Below, one piece after another: positions 51,862 to 64,000 of a stretch of 64,000 nucleotides of DNA. Under the pieces are notes generated by a model, which made no database searches, was not told the origin of the DNA, and saw nothing but the letters and a program-made list of their open reading frames with translations. The position numbers and the translations under genes are program-made. This DNA comes from Felis catus (lineage: Eukaryota). Within the stretch, counting starts at the first letter, position 1; each line of letters starts with the position of its first letter. The stretch spans positions 13,950,001-14,014,000 of the forward strand of contig NC_058375.1 of assembly GCF_018350175.1 (NCBI RefSeq), written 5' to 3'.

Positions 51862-52226
51862 GGTGACAGTCCATTTGGGTGCTGTGACAAAACACCAAAG
51901 ACCAGGTGGCTTATAAACAATACACTTTGATTTCTTACGTGTTCTCGGGGCTCGGAAATCCAAGGTCAAGGCACCAGCAGATTTGGTGTCTGGTGAGGGT
52001 CCGCCCCCTGGCTCATAGGTGGCTGTCTTTTCGCTGTGTCCTCACATGGCAGAAGGGGTGAGGGAGCTCCCTGGGGTCTCTTTTATAAGGACACTCGTCC
52101 CATTTATGAGGGCTTTGCTCTCCTGACCCAAGCACCTGCCAACGGCCCCATCTCCTAATGCCATCACACTGGGGGTTAGGTTTCAATGTACGAATTTGGG
52201 AGCATACAAATGTTCACTCCGTAGCA
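51862..52226 (-). mobile_element. MLT1A-like MaLR solo LTR
   Basis: Typical MLT1 text: GGTGGCTTATAAACAA...TCCAAGGTCAAGGCACCAGCAGATTTGGTGTCTGGTGAGGG...CATCACACTGGGGGTTAGGTTTCAA. Confidence 0.8.
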
Positions 52227-53458
52227 CAGGGCACTGCTTTATGAGGATTCTGGGCCTTCTGAGTAGGAACTGAAGGTGGCCGGAGACAGTCTCAGTCTGG
52301 TGAGGAAAGCCTCTGAGCACAGGAAGAGAAGAGGAAGCCTGCCTTCTGGCCGCTGGGGAGGTCGGGGCAGTTAGGCCAGGCCACAGGAGAGCTCGGCCAC
52401 ACCCAGGGACAGAAGCACCTGAGGCAGCATCGGCAGGGTGGCTATGAGCTGGGGTGTGGTGGGCTCCCAGTCCCCGCTTTGACTCTGGCCTCTGCCGCTT
52501 CCTGGCTGGGTACGAGTCCCTTCCGTTCATGGAGTTGATATGAGGACAACATGAGTAAATGCCTGCAAGGTGCTTAGCACAAAGCTGGCAAAGAGCTTAG
52601 TAATCAAGGGCTGTGATGCGTCTCGCCTGGTAGACACGGCGCCATCTGGCTCCACTTTCTCTCCCTTCTCTTGGACTGTCGCGCAGACGGGGACTGCTTT
52701 AGTCACTGTGCAGGGTGCTCGGGCACCGGGAGGAGACTTTCCTGCCTGTTCCTGCACCAGCCACCTTCTGGCTTTGCTGGTGGTGAGAATGGGGAGGTGG
52801 TTCTGGACCCCTTGCCAGCGGGCGTCCCACACATGTTGCTCCTGGAGAATTCTGCGTGAGTGCCACGCTTGGGTCCCAGCCACCTGTGCAGCCCCTGGGC
52901 CCGCCTGGCCGTCATCCCCTGAGCGATGTTGGCAGATAGCCCTACTTTAAATGAGACGATGTGCTCAACGGGGCCTGCTCTCAGCAGACCCTCCTGGAGT
53001 AATTGACAAAACAGATTGGAAACAACGTAAATGTTCAAAAGTTCTGACAGGTGCCTCTGAGGGCTCAGTTCTCCGCACTGTAGGGACTCCTTTAACCCTG
53101 GTGACATCCGTGTGAGGGCGGTAGTGTTACCACCCCTTTTATAGATGAAAGTATTGAAGCACAGGGGGGCCGGGGCATCTACCCAAAGCTGCAGCACCGT
53201 CAAGTGGTAAAGCTGGGATTCGAACACACTTGTCCCTGACTGCAGATCAGCGCTCTCGCTGCCTGTGTCATTGGCACGCGTGTGCTGTCATCTTTCTGTC
53301 CTTGAGGCTGATTGTCCTCGGATTCAGAGGCTTGGTCTGTGCCAGGTGTTAAAACTGGGGATGGGCATAGCTGGGGGGGCCACAGGATGCAGACCTGCCA
53401 GAGCTGAAGGCGCCCTTTCTTTCTCCCCCTACGACCCTCCCTCCATCCCACAGCGGCC

Positions 53459-56400
53459 ATGGTCTGGAAGAAACTGGGCTCCGGCAACTTCTCCAGCTGC
53501 CCCAACGGCTCCCTCGAGTGGATATGGGACGTGTTTGGCGAATGCGCCCAGGACGGCTGGGACGAGGCCAGCGTGGGCCTGGGCTTGATCTCCATTCTCT
53601 GTTTTGCAGCATCCACCTTCCCGTGAGTACCGGCAGGGGCGCAGGGAGCAGGGCAGGGGTATGGGGTGGGGTGGGGCGATGGCTTCAGGCACTGCTTGGA
53701 GGGGCCTCTCCAGATTCAAGGCCATGTGTGCTGCCTCCACTCCCACTCACTGACTTCCAGCCCGCCCCGGAGGGCCCTGCGCTGAACCCCACCCTAGGCT
53801 GACACACAGATGATAATAACAAGAATCTTAACACTTGCTGCTCTGTGTTGAGGGTCCAGTGTGTGTGGCTGACTTCTAAGCGCTTGGTGTGTTTTTTACT
53901 TCATTTAATCCTCATAATAAGCCTGTGAAATAGGAACAGTTGCTGTGCCTACTTTATGAGGGAACGGAAACCCAGAGAGGCTAAGTAACTTGCTCTAGGT
54001 TGCACAGCTAGGAAGAGAGGAAGCAGAGGGGTGGGTGGGCTGAGACGCACCAAGCCCTTGTCCTGTGACAGTCTGGTGGTGGGCGGAGAAGCAGGGATTA
54101 CCAAACAGCGTGGCCACTGGCATGATTGGGGAAGAGGACACACTGTGACCTGGGAGAGTCACTTTGCTGCTCCGTACCTCAGCTTCCCCATCTGCAAAAT
54201 GGGTATGTTGTTCCCTAACTGCCGGGGTTGCTGGCGTGAGGGAACGTACGCCTTTGCTCGTTGTGTGCACAACCCCGTGGCTGCACAGAGCGTGTGCGGG
54301 TCAGGGACGCGGGGGACAGGTGAGGTCAAAGAGGTCACCAAGGGCCCTGTAATGTGAGGCATTCTCCCCTGTTAGGAAACGTGCTCTTTATCCTGAGGGA
54401 GAAAGATAGGAGTTTAATCAGGAGCTCGGCATCTTTTAAAAATAGCTTTATGGAGAGATAATCCACATACCATATAATTAGCCTATTTACATGTATAATT
54501 CAGTGTTTTTCGTATAGCCACAGAGTTGTGTAACCATTGCCTTAATCAGTTTTAGGACATTTTCTTCGCCCTAAAAAGAAACCCCCAAAGCAGTGAGTCA
54601 TTCCTCATTTCCCACTCCCAGGCCCTGGCAACCACGAGTCTACTTTCTGTTGCTATAAATTTGCCTACCCTGGACATTTCGTGTAAATGGAATCACAGAG
54701 TATGCGAAAGCCTGGCTCCTTTCCCTTAACATAACGTCTTCAAGGCTCATGCATGTTCGGCAGGTGTGAGGGCTTCATTCCTGTTTATGTCTGAATAATA
54801 TTCCCGTGTGTGATAGCCCACCTTTTATTCGTTCATCCATTGATGGGCATTTGGTCTGTTTCTACTTTTCGGCTATGCCAGTCAAGGCCACTGTGAGCAT
54901 TCATGTGCACGTTTTTGTGGGTACATGTTTTCACTTCTCTTGGGTACGTGCCTAAGTAGCAAAATTGCTGGGTCATATGGTAACTGTGTGTTTACTCTTT
55001 TAAGGATGTTTAAAAAACATTAAGTTCTGGTTTCATGACGTGGCCTGGCCCTAGTGATGTCATTTGGGGCCTGTGGTTTTCTTTTCTTTCTCTCTCTCTT
55101 TTTTTTTTAAGATTTTTTTTTCCATTTTTCTTTTTAATATTTATTTATTTTTGAGAGAAAGAGAAACAGCACAAACTGGGGAGGGACAGAGAGAGAGGAA
55201 GACACAGAATCTGAAGCAGGCTCCAAGCTCTGAGCTGTCAGCACAGAGCCAGACGTGGGGCTCGAACCCACCGACCGTGAGGTTATGACCTGAGCCAAAG
55301 TTGGATGCTTAACCGACTGAGCCACCCAGGCGCCCCTTTTTCAAAGATTTTTATTTTAAGGGACGCTTGGGTGGCTCAGTCGGTCAAGCGTCTGACTCTT
55401 GATTTTGAGGTCGTGATCTCACAGTTTGTGAGTTTGAGCTCAGAGTCTGGCTCTGTGGTGATGGTGCAGAGCCTGTTTGGGATTCTGTCTTTCCTTCCTT
55501 CTGCGCCTCCCCCCCTTTGTGCTCACTCTCTCTCCCCCTTTCTCTCTCAAAATTAATAAACTTAAAAAAAAAAGATTTTTGTTTTTAAGCAATCTCTGTA
55601 TGCAATGTGGGGCTTGAAGTCACAACCCTGAGATCAAGAATCACACGCTCCACTGACTGAGCCAGCCAAGTGGTTTTCTTTTTAATAAGGAACCGCCAGG
55701 CTGTTTTCCAGAGAGGCTGCACCATTTTACATTCCCACCAGCCATGTGTGTGAGGTTCCAGGGTCTCCAAATCCCCATCAATGCATATTTTCTTTGTTAT
55801 CGTAGCCACCCTAATGGCTTTGCAGTGTTATCTCATTGTAGTTTTGATTTGTATCTGCCTGATGGCTAGTGATGTTAAGCGTAGCNNNNNNNNNNNNNNN
55901 NNNNNNNNNNNNNNNNNNNNNNNNNNNNNNNNNNNNNNNNNNNNNNNNNNNNNNNNNNNNNNNNNNNNNNNNNNNNNNNNNNNNNNNNNNNNNNNNNNNN
56001 NNNNNNNNNNNNNNNNNNNNNAGCTTCATCTGACATATGATTTGCAAGTATTTTCTCCTGTTCCGTGGATTCTCTGTTCACTTTCGCGATGGTGTCCTCT
56101 GAAGCACAGAAGTCCTAAATTTGGACAGTGTCCAGTTTATCTCTTTTTTTTCTTTTGTTGCTCGTGCTTTTGGTGTCCTATCTAAAAAAGCATCGTAGCC
56201 TAACCCAAGTCACGGAGATTTGCCCTTATCGTAACTGGGGTGCAGGGGCACAAGAGCACCTAGCTTTGGGGGTCCCACACAGACCGGGTTCGGCCACTCA
56301 CTGCTGACAGAATCTGAAGGCAGAGACACCAAGTGATGGTGAACCAAGAAAGGAATTTGTTTCCAAGAGGCTCATCCTGGGAAGACCATGGACTTGCGTC

Positions 56401-58175
56401 TCAAGGACTGTCTCCGTAGTGCTGAAAATCCATCTGGATTTATATAAGGAAAATGTGGGACAGGGGTCAGTGGGGATGTGCTGGTGGGCAGTGAGGGTCA
56501 GGTCAGTCCTTGTCTTGGGGTCAATCATTCCGGGTCTTGCTGGCTCAGGGCCGTCCTTGTCGCCTGAGGGAGTAGTTTCGGTTCCCTTCCCAGGATGCTT
56601 TGCCCTCAGGGTCTTTTGCCTGAGTTGTGGGATGAGCTGGAAAGAAGAACTTAATCAATTAGAAAGTTTGAGGTCAAAATGGATGTAGGTGAAGCCCTCT
56701 TTCGTTATCGTTTCTTCTGAGAGTGTTATAGATTTACCTGATTCTGACACCAGCATCCCTGTGTATTTTTGCCCCACAGCACCAAGCATTTAACTCAGTT
56801 TAGGCCCTGTCTACTTTGGGACAGCATCAGATCCCACAGGTTAAGGGCTCAGTCCCACAGGATTGCCCCTCCCCCTTCAGAGGTCACTTGCAAGTCTAGG
56901 TTGTCGCCTGTGCTTCTGGTAGGTGTAGACCAGCTCTAGATCAAACCTGCTTGGGTTTGATTAATTTGCTAGAGCGGCTCACAGAAGTCAGAAAAACATC
57001 TTACTCACTGGATCACCAGTTTATCACAAAAGGATGTAACTCAGGAACAGCTACATGGAAGAGATGGAATTTCTAATTTCTCTCCCAGCGCGCCGCCCTC
57101 CCTGAATCTTTTACACGTTCACCAACCTGGAAGCTCTCTGAACCTGCCTGTTCCATTTCTTGTACAGGCTTTGCTACACAGGCATGCTTGATTAAATCAG
57201 GGCCACTGGCGATTGACTTCATCTCCAGCCCCTGCCCCCTCCCCAGAGGTCACTGGATTGGGCCGGAAAGTTCTAAGGGTTTAATCACATCATGGCAACC
57301 AGCCCTCCTCTTTGGAGGATCCAGAGGCTTCCCAAAACTTAACCTCGTGAACATAACAAAAGGCACCCTTATTGTTCTAATCGCTTTGGAAATCGCAAGG
57401 TTTTTAGGAGCTCTCTGCCAGGGATGGGGTGAAGACCGAATCTAGATTTCTTATTATAAATTGCAGTGTAACAAATTAGCTTTTAAATTTAGGTCTGTTA
57501 AGAAACAAAGTTCCACTGGGTAAAATTGAAGATCCGGTTGGTGCTATGAAGCCATTCATGAATTGGACAGCATCCCATCTAGCAAATAGAGATGCTCTAA
57601 GGAGTTTTATAAAATGGAAGATTATAAGAAGGAGAGTGGGGCAAGAAATTATTAGCAGAAAAAAAAGAAAGAGAGAAAGAAAGGATGGTATCAGGTAACT
57701 TCACTTTCCTGCAGGGGATCTTACTTAGTAGATTACCTCATCTTCTTTTGATGGGGGATGGAGAGGACAGATGACCTCATTGCTGCTGACCAGAAAATTC
57801 CTGACCAATTAAGACTACGTTTCTGGGTTGAAATGCAATTAGATTACTTATTAAGCCCCTGTTTGGTGATTTGGCCTGAGTGACTCCATCTTGAGCCTGT
57901 GGTTTTCTTTTTGATGGGTTGTTGATACAGTTTGAGTGATGTTTTGTATATGGTGTGAGGTAGGGGTTCAGTCTTTCTTTTGCATGGAGATATCTAGTTG
58001 TCCCAGTACCATGTGTTTAAAAGACTATGATTCCCCCACTGAATTGTCCTAGTATGCTGTCATGGGCTTGACATTTTTATTGAATTGGCTTATTCCAGGT
58101 GCCGTTGTGGGTATATTGCAAGTCGTCAAAGCAGATGCCATCCTTGCCTTTCCAGAGCTTCTACTGTGGCTCCAT

Positions 58176-58214
<39 letters not shown>

Positions 58215-61200
58215 TAAGTTTATTTATTTTGAGGGAGAGAGAGCATGCATACTGCCAGCGGGTGAGGGGCAGAGAGCAAGAGGGAGAGAGAGAATCCCAA
58301 GCAGGCTCTGAGCTGTCAGCACACAGCCCAACGTGGGGCTTGATCTTACAAACTGTGAGATCATGACCTGCTGGCTCCTTTTAAAAGGCAGTCTGGGAGG
58401 GGCGCCTGCATGGCTCAGTCAGTTAAGCATCACACTCTTACTTTTGGCTCAGGTCATGATCTCACAGCTACAGAGATCAAGCCCTACGTCAGGCCCCATG
58501 CTGACAGCGTGGAGCCTGCTTAGGATTGTCTCCCTCTCTCTTCCCCTCCCCTGCTCTCTATTTCAAAATAAATAAGTCAACATTAAAAAAAAAAAAAAGG
58601 CAGTGTGGGAGTCACAGGGAAGAAGGGCTAGAGGGACAGGGAATAAGACTGGAGGCAGGGAGGCCAGCTTGGAGGCCGTGTAAGCCATCCAACAAGCAGC
58701 GATATTAGCGGGAGTTGGAGAGGCCCTTCACAGGCTGACCGGACAGGTATGGGTGACTGATGGAGGCCGAGGGAGAGAGAGGCCTTGTTCCGGGCTGAGA
58801 GCTTCTCTAGAACTATCTGAGGAGCTGGCTGAGGCTTTTCCTGCTGCCTGAGCCTGGCCAAGTAACCAGTGAGGGGGGTCAGAGGCCGGAGAGAGAGCCC
58901 CAGGTGACAGCAGGAAGGGCAGTCCCCTTTGTGCTCCCCTGTAGGACTCAGCCTTTCTTGAGTGCGGCAGAATCACTCCCCCTGAAATTTATGGAGTCTT
59001 GCCAAGACACATGTCCCAGAAGGGGCTTTAGGGGCCAGAGGATAGACCTTAATTAGGGCTTCCGTGGTGCCAGGCCTGTGCCGGACCCTATTCCTGCCTT
59101 CAGGAAGCTTGAGTCCGGGAGGGACGGGGATGTCCCGTGTTACAAGGGAGAAGTGGAGGACACTGGCGAGCTCGCCACAAGGAAGCCCTGGGGAGGAAGT
59201 GATAGTTCTCAAGCCATGAAACACAAAGAGGAAGAGGAGGGAGTGGGCCGGCCGGCTGCCAGGAACAGGCTGGAGAAAGGGAAATAGGTCCTGGTGGAGG
59301 GGGCAGGGGCAGAGGAAGAGCCAGACCTGGGGGCCACGTGAGGACGCGCCCGGGAGGATGCGACTCCTCGCTGAACAGCAGTGAAAGGCTCTGAATGATT
59401 TCAGGGTTTTAGAAAGATCCTTGAGAGGGAGGAAAGATTCGAGGAGGAACCAGGCGTGGATAAGAGACACAGAGGTGGGTGGTTGGGCAGGGGGCGCTCG
59501 GACAGGAGGAGGAGAGGGAGAGATGGCCATGGGGAGAACCAGGCCATGCTCTCTGCTCAGTTTCTGATGTTGGTGATGGTGGGGGTGGGGGTGGGGTGAG
59601 GTACCACTTAGCCCCCTTTTATTTAAATACACACCAACGACTAAACAGAAATGTAAAGGCTTAATGGCAGTTGTGTAAAGGTTAAGGGTGACTGGAGCCT
59701 CAGGGTCTGGCTGTGACAGGACTGGCCCAGCCCCTATGAGGAACGTGGCTACACAGACCTGCCCTGTGGGGGTTCTTTGAGGACTGGGTGAGTCCATACG
59801 CACAGAGGGCCCAGAATTCTCCCGTTACCTGTCATCGGCATTGAGCTCATGCTAAGACCAAGGGTCCAAAGAGAGGGCCTTTGGGAAAACCACCAGCATA
59901 TCAGAAGCCACTGGCCTAGTGACGGAGAGCTCTGGGGGTCCCAGCCCTGGCCCTCCCCAATGCCCTTTTTTAAAAAAATTTTTTAACGTTTATTTATTTT
60001 TTTTAAATTTTTTTTTTTTTTCAACGTTTATTTATTTTTGGGACAGAGAGAGACAGAGCATGAACGGGGGAGGGGCAGAGAGAGAGGGAGACACAGAATC
60101 GGAAACAGGCTCCAGGCTCCGAGCCATCAGCCCAGAGCCCGACGCGGGGCTCGAACTCACGGACCGCGAGATCGTGACCTGGCTGAAGTCGGACGCTTAA
60201 CCGACTGCGCCACCCAGGCGCCCCAACGTTTATTTATTTTTTGAGAGAGAGAGAGAGAAAGCTGGGGAGGGGCAGAGAGAGAGGAGACACAGAATCTGAA
60301 GCAGGGTCCAGGCTCTGAGCTGCCAGCACAGAGCCTGACGCGGGTCCCGAACTCACGAACCGAGATCATGACCTGAGCCAAAGTCCGACGTTTAACCGAC
60401 CGAGCCACCCAGGCGCCCCTTCCCATTGCCCTTTGAAGGTAATGGGCTGTCGTCTGGTCCATCTTATCACCGGCTGCTCCTGGAGATCGTGCAGCCCCAG
60501 GCGTTGTGCTCCCGCCACCGTCCTTTGAACCCCCTTCCCCTCCTCAGAAGAAAGAATGCGGGGTCCCTGTGAAGCGGTCTCAGGGCCTGACACAGAACTT
60601 TAGCACCCTGTAAAAACTCCACGTTCCCACTGGGAGATGCCAGGGGGCCACGGAGGGGAATCTGAGTACTGCTATGGGTGGTTCTGGAAAGAGGGACGCC
60701 CCACAGGGTTCCCGGGTGACTTCCTGTGCTTCTGCGGCCCCTGCCCCACTCTTCCCCTGAGTGTCGTCTCCTTCCTCTGCCACAGCCAGTACATCAAGGC
60801 CTGCAAGACAGGCAACATGGACCAGGCGCTGTCTCTGTGGTTCCTCCTGGGCTGGATCGGTGGAGACTCCTGCAACCTCATCGGCTCCTTCCTCGCCGAC
60901 CAGCTGCCCCTGCAGGTGGGCCAGACCGCGGGCAGGTGGGCTGCACGGGACAGCCAGCACGAGGGTCCCCGCTCCAGCGTCCTGATCCATGGTTCCATCT
61001 GGCGAGGGCCCCACCCCGTAGAGAGTGCCTTCCGCCCTGCCATGCGGCGTGACAAGGGGTCGGTCGGTGCCCTTGTCCGGGCCTCAGTTTCTCCATTTGC
61101 ACACTGAGCACATCAAACCAGAGGATCGCTCTGGGGGCTGTGCTGTTAGGGTGTGGGGCCCCAGAGGAGGAACGGTTTCCCTTGGCAGGTCCAGGTGCCA

Positions 61201-63494
61201 GGAATCACAGGAATCCTCTGCCTTCCCCACCAGGACTGTAAAGTCTTTTTTTTTTTTTTTTTAATGTTTATTTATTTTTGAGAGAGAGGGGCAGAGCATG
61301 AGTGGGGGAGGGACAGAGAGAGAGAGAGGGGGAGACACAGAATCCGAAGCAGGCTCCAGGCTCTGAGCTGTCAGCTCAGAGCCGGACGCGGGGCTCGAAC
61401 CCATGAACCGCGAGATCATGACCTGAGCCGAAGTCGGACGCCCCACCGACTGAGCCACCCAGGCGCCCCAGGACTGTAAAGTCTTGATGGCTCCTGTACC
61501 AGCCAGACCAGAGCCCTCACTTAACCTCCCAGTCCCGTTCTGTATCCTGCACGTTTTCTCCCTCTGCCTCCCTGATCTCTGCCGGGTAGAAACTGTGCTC
61601 CCCTCCTTCCCAGATAAGGAGACAGAAGGTCAGAGAGGTGAAATGAATCGGCCGGGCCACCCGGCTGCTGACTGAGCCCGGCCGTGCTGTCGGCACATGG
61701 TCCGCAGAGCCTGGGAGCCCTGTTTGTCTTGCAGACCTACACGGCGGTATATTACGTACTGGCGGACCTGCTGATGCTGTCACTGTACTTTCATTACAAA
61801 TTTAAGAAACGCCCCTCGCTGTGTGAGTACGGGGTCCCTCTGGTCGGGCGTGTCGGGGGCAGCGGGAGAGCCGGCAGCCTGGGAGGAAGTGGGTTTCCCA
61901 TTGCCCAGTGATAAACTCAGCGCAGGGCCTTATCTGCAGGTCTGAGCCCCAGCTGGCCACAATGGAGGCTGGAGGGTGATTGGCACATCCTGGCAGGACC
62001 GCAGGGACTTCCCTTCTCTTGAGCTCTCATTCAGCAAACGTGGCTTCAGCTGCTCCTCTGTGCCTGGCCCTGGGCTTGGAGCTGAGGAACCGAGGACAAG
62101 GACAGGTCCTCGCTGCCCTTGAGGATTGAGAAGGGGGAGGTCAGATGGAGGCACTTGGGGGTGGGGCTGTTTCGCTGGCATTTCCGTGTGGGATAACCCC
62201 CTCCTGATCCTGCTGCCTTCGTCTCTCCTTTACCACCCGAGGAGAAGGGTGCTATGATTACACCCGTTCTGTAGATGAGGAATTAAAGCTCAGAGAGGTT
62301 CGGTTACTTGCCCAGAGTCACACAGCCGCTGAAGGGCAAGGCCAGGACTCAAGTCCTGGTCTGTTTCCTGCCACTGATAACCTAACCGTGGCTTTCCACC
62401 TGCCTCGCGCCCAGTGTCTACCCCCATCAATTCTCTGCTCCTGTTCATTTTGGCAATGGTGTGTACCACCCCACTGCTGAGGAGTGCTGGCCCCGTGACT
62501 GCCCCGAGCGAAGTCTTCCGGGGGCGGACGCTTCTGTCAGTGGAGCCGGGCAGTAAGGTGAGGTGCGGGTCTGGTAGGGTGGGGTGTGGATTGGGGGCTG
62601 GCTCGTCGTCCCCAAGGACCCTGCCCTGCATGGCCGGGGGGGGGGGGGTGGGCACTGCCCTCTCCCAGGGGGCCTGGGGTCTTGCCCTGCACCTCTGGCC
62701 CCTGTTAGGCACTGAGCACCCCCTCCCTCCCAGCCCTTCACTCGGCAGGAAATCATCGGCTTCGTCATCGGCTCTGTCTCCAGCGTGCTGTACCTGCTCT
62801 CCCGGCTGCCTCAGATCCGCACTAACGTGAGCCTGGGGCAGGGGTGGGTGGACCCCCTGTGTTGAGGTGTGGAGTTTCGCAAAAGGTCTGGGTCCAAACT
62901 CACTGTTGGCTTGGGCAAGTGCATCCAGTTCCCGAAGCCTCAGTTTCTGCCTCTGGGGAGTGGGCACGGGCCGCCTACGGGCACGTGTGTCCCGTGTGTG
63001 TCTCAGGGAAGCAGGAGGTCACGCGAGGTCAGGGGCTAGGCCCAGAGTCCTGAGAGGAGAGGAGAGAGTGGCATATTGGGGCCAGGGGGGCCAGCGAGGG
63101 TCCGTGGGGGGCGGGGGAGCGGGCCATCGTGGGGCCAATGTCCCATGGGCCTGGAACGGGTGTAGGGGTGCGGGTCGTGGATACCGGGTGCACAGGGAGA
63201 CGTCAGCTCAGAGCACGCACAGTGCAACAGGGACGTGTGGACAGGGACAACCCAGGGTGACAAGAGTCCTGTCTGCGGCCTCCGACCCCACCCCCTCCTC
63301 ACCCCTAGTTCCTGAGGAAGTCGACCCAGGGGGTCTCCTATTCGCTGTTCGCGTTGGTGATGCTGGGGAACACGCTGTACGGGCTGAGCGTGCTGCTCAA
63401 GAACCCCGAGGTGGGTCAGAGTGAGGGCAGCTACCTGCTGCACCACCTGCCCTGGCTCGTGGGCAGCCTGGGCGTGCTGCTGCTGGACACCATC
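53459..63494 (+). CDS. SLC66A1: Lysosomal cationic amino acid transporter PQLC2/LAAT1, six coding exons (last coding exon off-window)
   Basis: Exons 53459-53622 (MVWKKLGSGNFSSCPNGS...FAASTFP), 60786-60915 (QYIKACKTG...ADQLPLQ), 61735-61822, 62415-62557, 62734-62826 (...LSRLPQIRTN), 63309-63494 (FLRKSTQGVS...LLLDTI). Both PQ motifs are present. Confidence 0.96.
54435..58075 (-). mobile_element. Old L1 (L1MB-like) interrupted by nested SINEs and several LTR elements
   Basis: Antisense L1 pieces at ~54435-55005, ~55690-56225 and ~57900-58075. LTR-like inserts at ~56230-56700, ~56745-57470 (MER21-like: CATCAGATCCCACAGGTTAAGGGCTCAGTCCCACA) and ~57495-57900. Confidence 0.65.
55090..55670. mobile_element. 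CAN-SINE cluster (minus ~55090-55335, plus ~55359-55575, short minus ~55575-55670)
   Basis: SINE bodies in both orientations. Confidence 0.85.
58175..58598. mobile_element. Inverted CAN-SINE pair with (ATTT)n
   Basis: Minus ~58175-58370, plus ~58399-58598. Confidence 0.85.
59975..60419 (-). mobile_element. Young CAN-SINE (~60001-60224) nested in the tail of an older CAN-SINE
   Basis: TSD AACGTTTATTTATTTT at 59985-60000 and 60225-60240. Confidence 0.9.
61248..61469 (-). mobile_element. CAN-SINE
   Basis: 16-bp TSD AGGACTGTAAAGTCTT at 61232-61247 and 61470-61485. Confidence 0.92.
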
Positions 63495-63628
63495 GTATCC
63501 TTCAGGGGCGGGGCTGAGGGCGGGGCAGAGGGCGTGGTGGGGCGGGGCGTGCTGCTGCTGGACCCCATCATATCCTTCAGGGGCGGGGCGGGGCGTGCTG
63601 CTGCGGGACACCGTCCTATCCTTCAGGG
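63470..63628 (+). repeat. Three tandem copies of the exon end plus U12 donor (GGGCGTGCTGCTGCTGGACACCATC-NTATCCTTCAGGG)
   Basis: Donor-equivalent octamers at 63495 (GTATCCTT), 63570 (ATATCCTT) and 63616 (CTATCCTT), separated by GGGGCGGGG runs. Confidence 0.95.
63495..63502 (+). promoter_or_regulatory. U12-type (minor spliceosome) 5' splice site GTATCCTT of the last SLC66A1 intron
   Basis: Exon ends ACCATC followed by GTATCCTTC, matching the RTATCCTT U12 donor consensus. Confidence 0.85.
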
Positions 63629-63872
63629 ACTGGGCAGCGTGGGGCCGGCTTGGCAGCCTCCGCCTGCACACGGCTCCGCACCCACCCATCCAAGCACCCC
63701 GGGAGGCACCAGACCCGGCGGTGAGCAGGAACCGAACGGCCCTCGCCTGGGAAGCTTACAGCTCAGTGAGGGGGCAGTTGGCACGCATGGAGTGATCAGA
63801 GTGTGGCGCCGGGGGCTGTCTTGGTTTAGAAGGTCAGCCAAGGCCACCACAGTGCCATTTAAACTGCCCCGA

Positions 63873-64000
63873 AGAGGTGCCTGAGTGGCTCAGTTAAGTG
63901 TCAGGCTTCAGCTCAGGTCATGATCTCGAGGTTTGTGAGTTCAAGCCCCACATCGGGTGCTGTGCTGTCAGCACCAAGCCTGCTGGGGATCCTCTGTCCC
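63873..64000 (+). mobile_element. CAN-SINE, cut by the window end
   Basis: SINE head sequence. Confidence 0.8.

Noticed and set aside
58973-59803. 276-aa minus-strand ORF
   Set aside because: Intronic, low-complexity, no recognisable domain; likely chance.
63470-63628. Repeat-spacer look resembling a CRISPR array
   Set aside because: Mammalian locus; the repeat is the exon end plus splice donor and the spacers are G-runs.

Overview
Mammalian genomic DNA, most likely a felid: it is dense in felid-type CAN-SINEs and carries a carnivore L1. N-runs look like those of a reference-guided consensus. The window is the conserved EMC1 - MRTO4 - AKR7A cluster - SLC66A1 (PQLC2) block. EMC1 (minus strand) has coding exons 1-21, with the 3' end off-window, and lies head-to-head with a complete MRTO4 (plus strand, 8 exons, 238 aa). 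Next come an unprocessed, multiply disabled AKR7A pseudogene (AKR7A3/AKR7L position) and an apparently intact AKR7A2 (minus strand, 7 exons, ~372 aa), which lies head-to-head with SLC66A1 (plus strand, last exon off-window). Three observations stand out. (1) The last SLC66A1 exon end and its minor-spliceosome (U12) donor are triplicated in tandem (GTATCCTT, in-frame ATATCCTT, dead CTATCCTT) with G-run spacers, resembling a U11-binding USSE or an alternative minor donor. (2) An ~840-bp, ~99%-identical tract including introns is shared by AKR7A2 and its otherwise decayed pseudogene, suggesting recent gene conversion. (3) A diverged copy of the MRTO4 3'UTR marks the AKR7A duplication breakpoint. 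All coordinates were read by hand; repeat boundaries are approximate.
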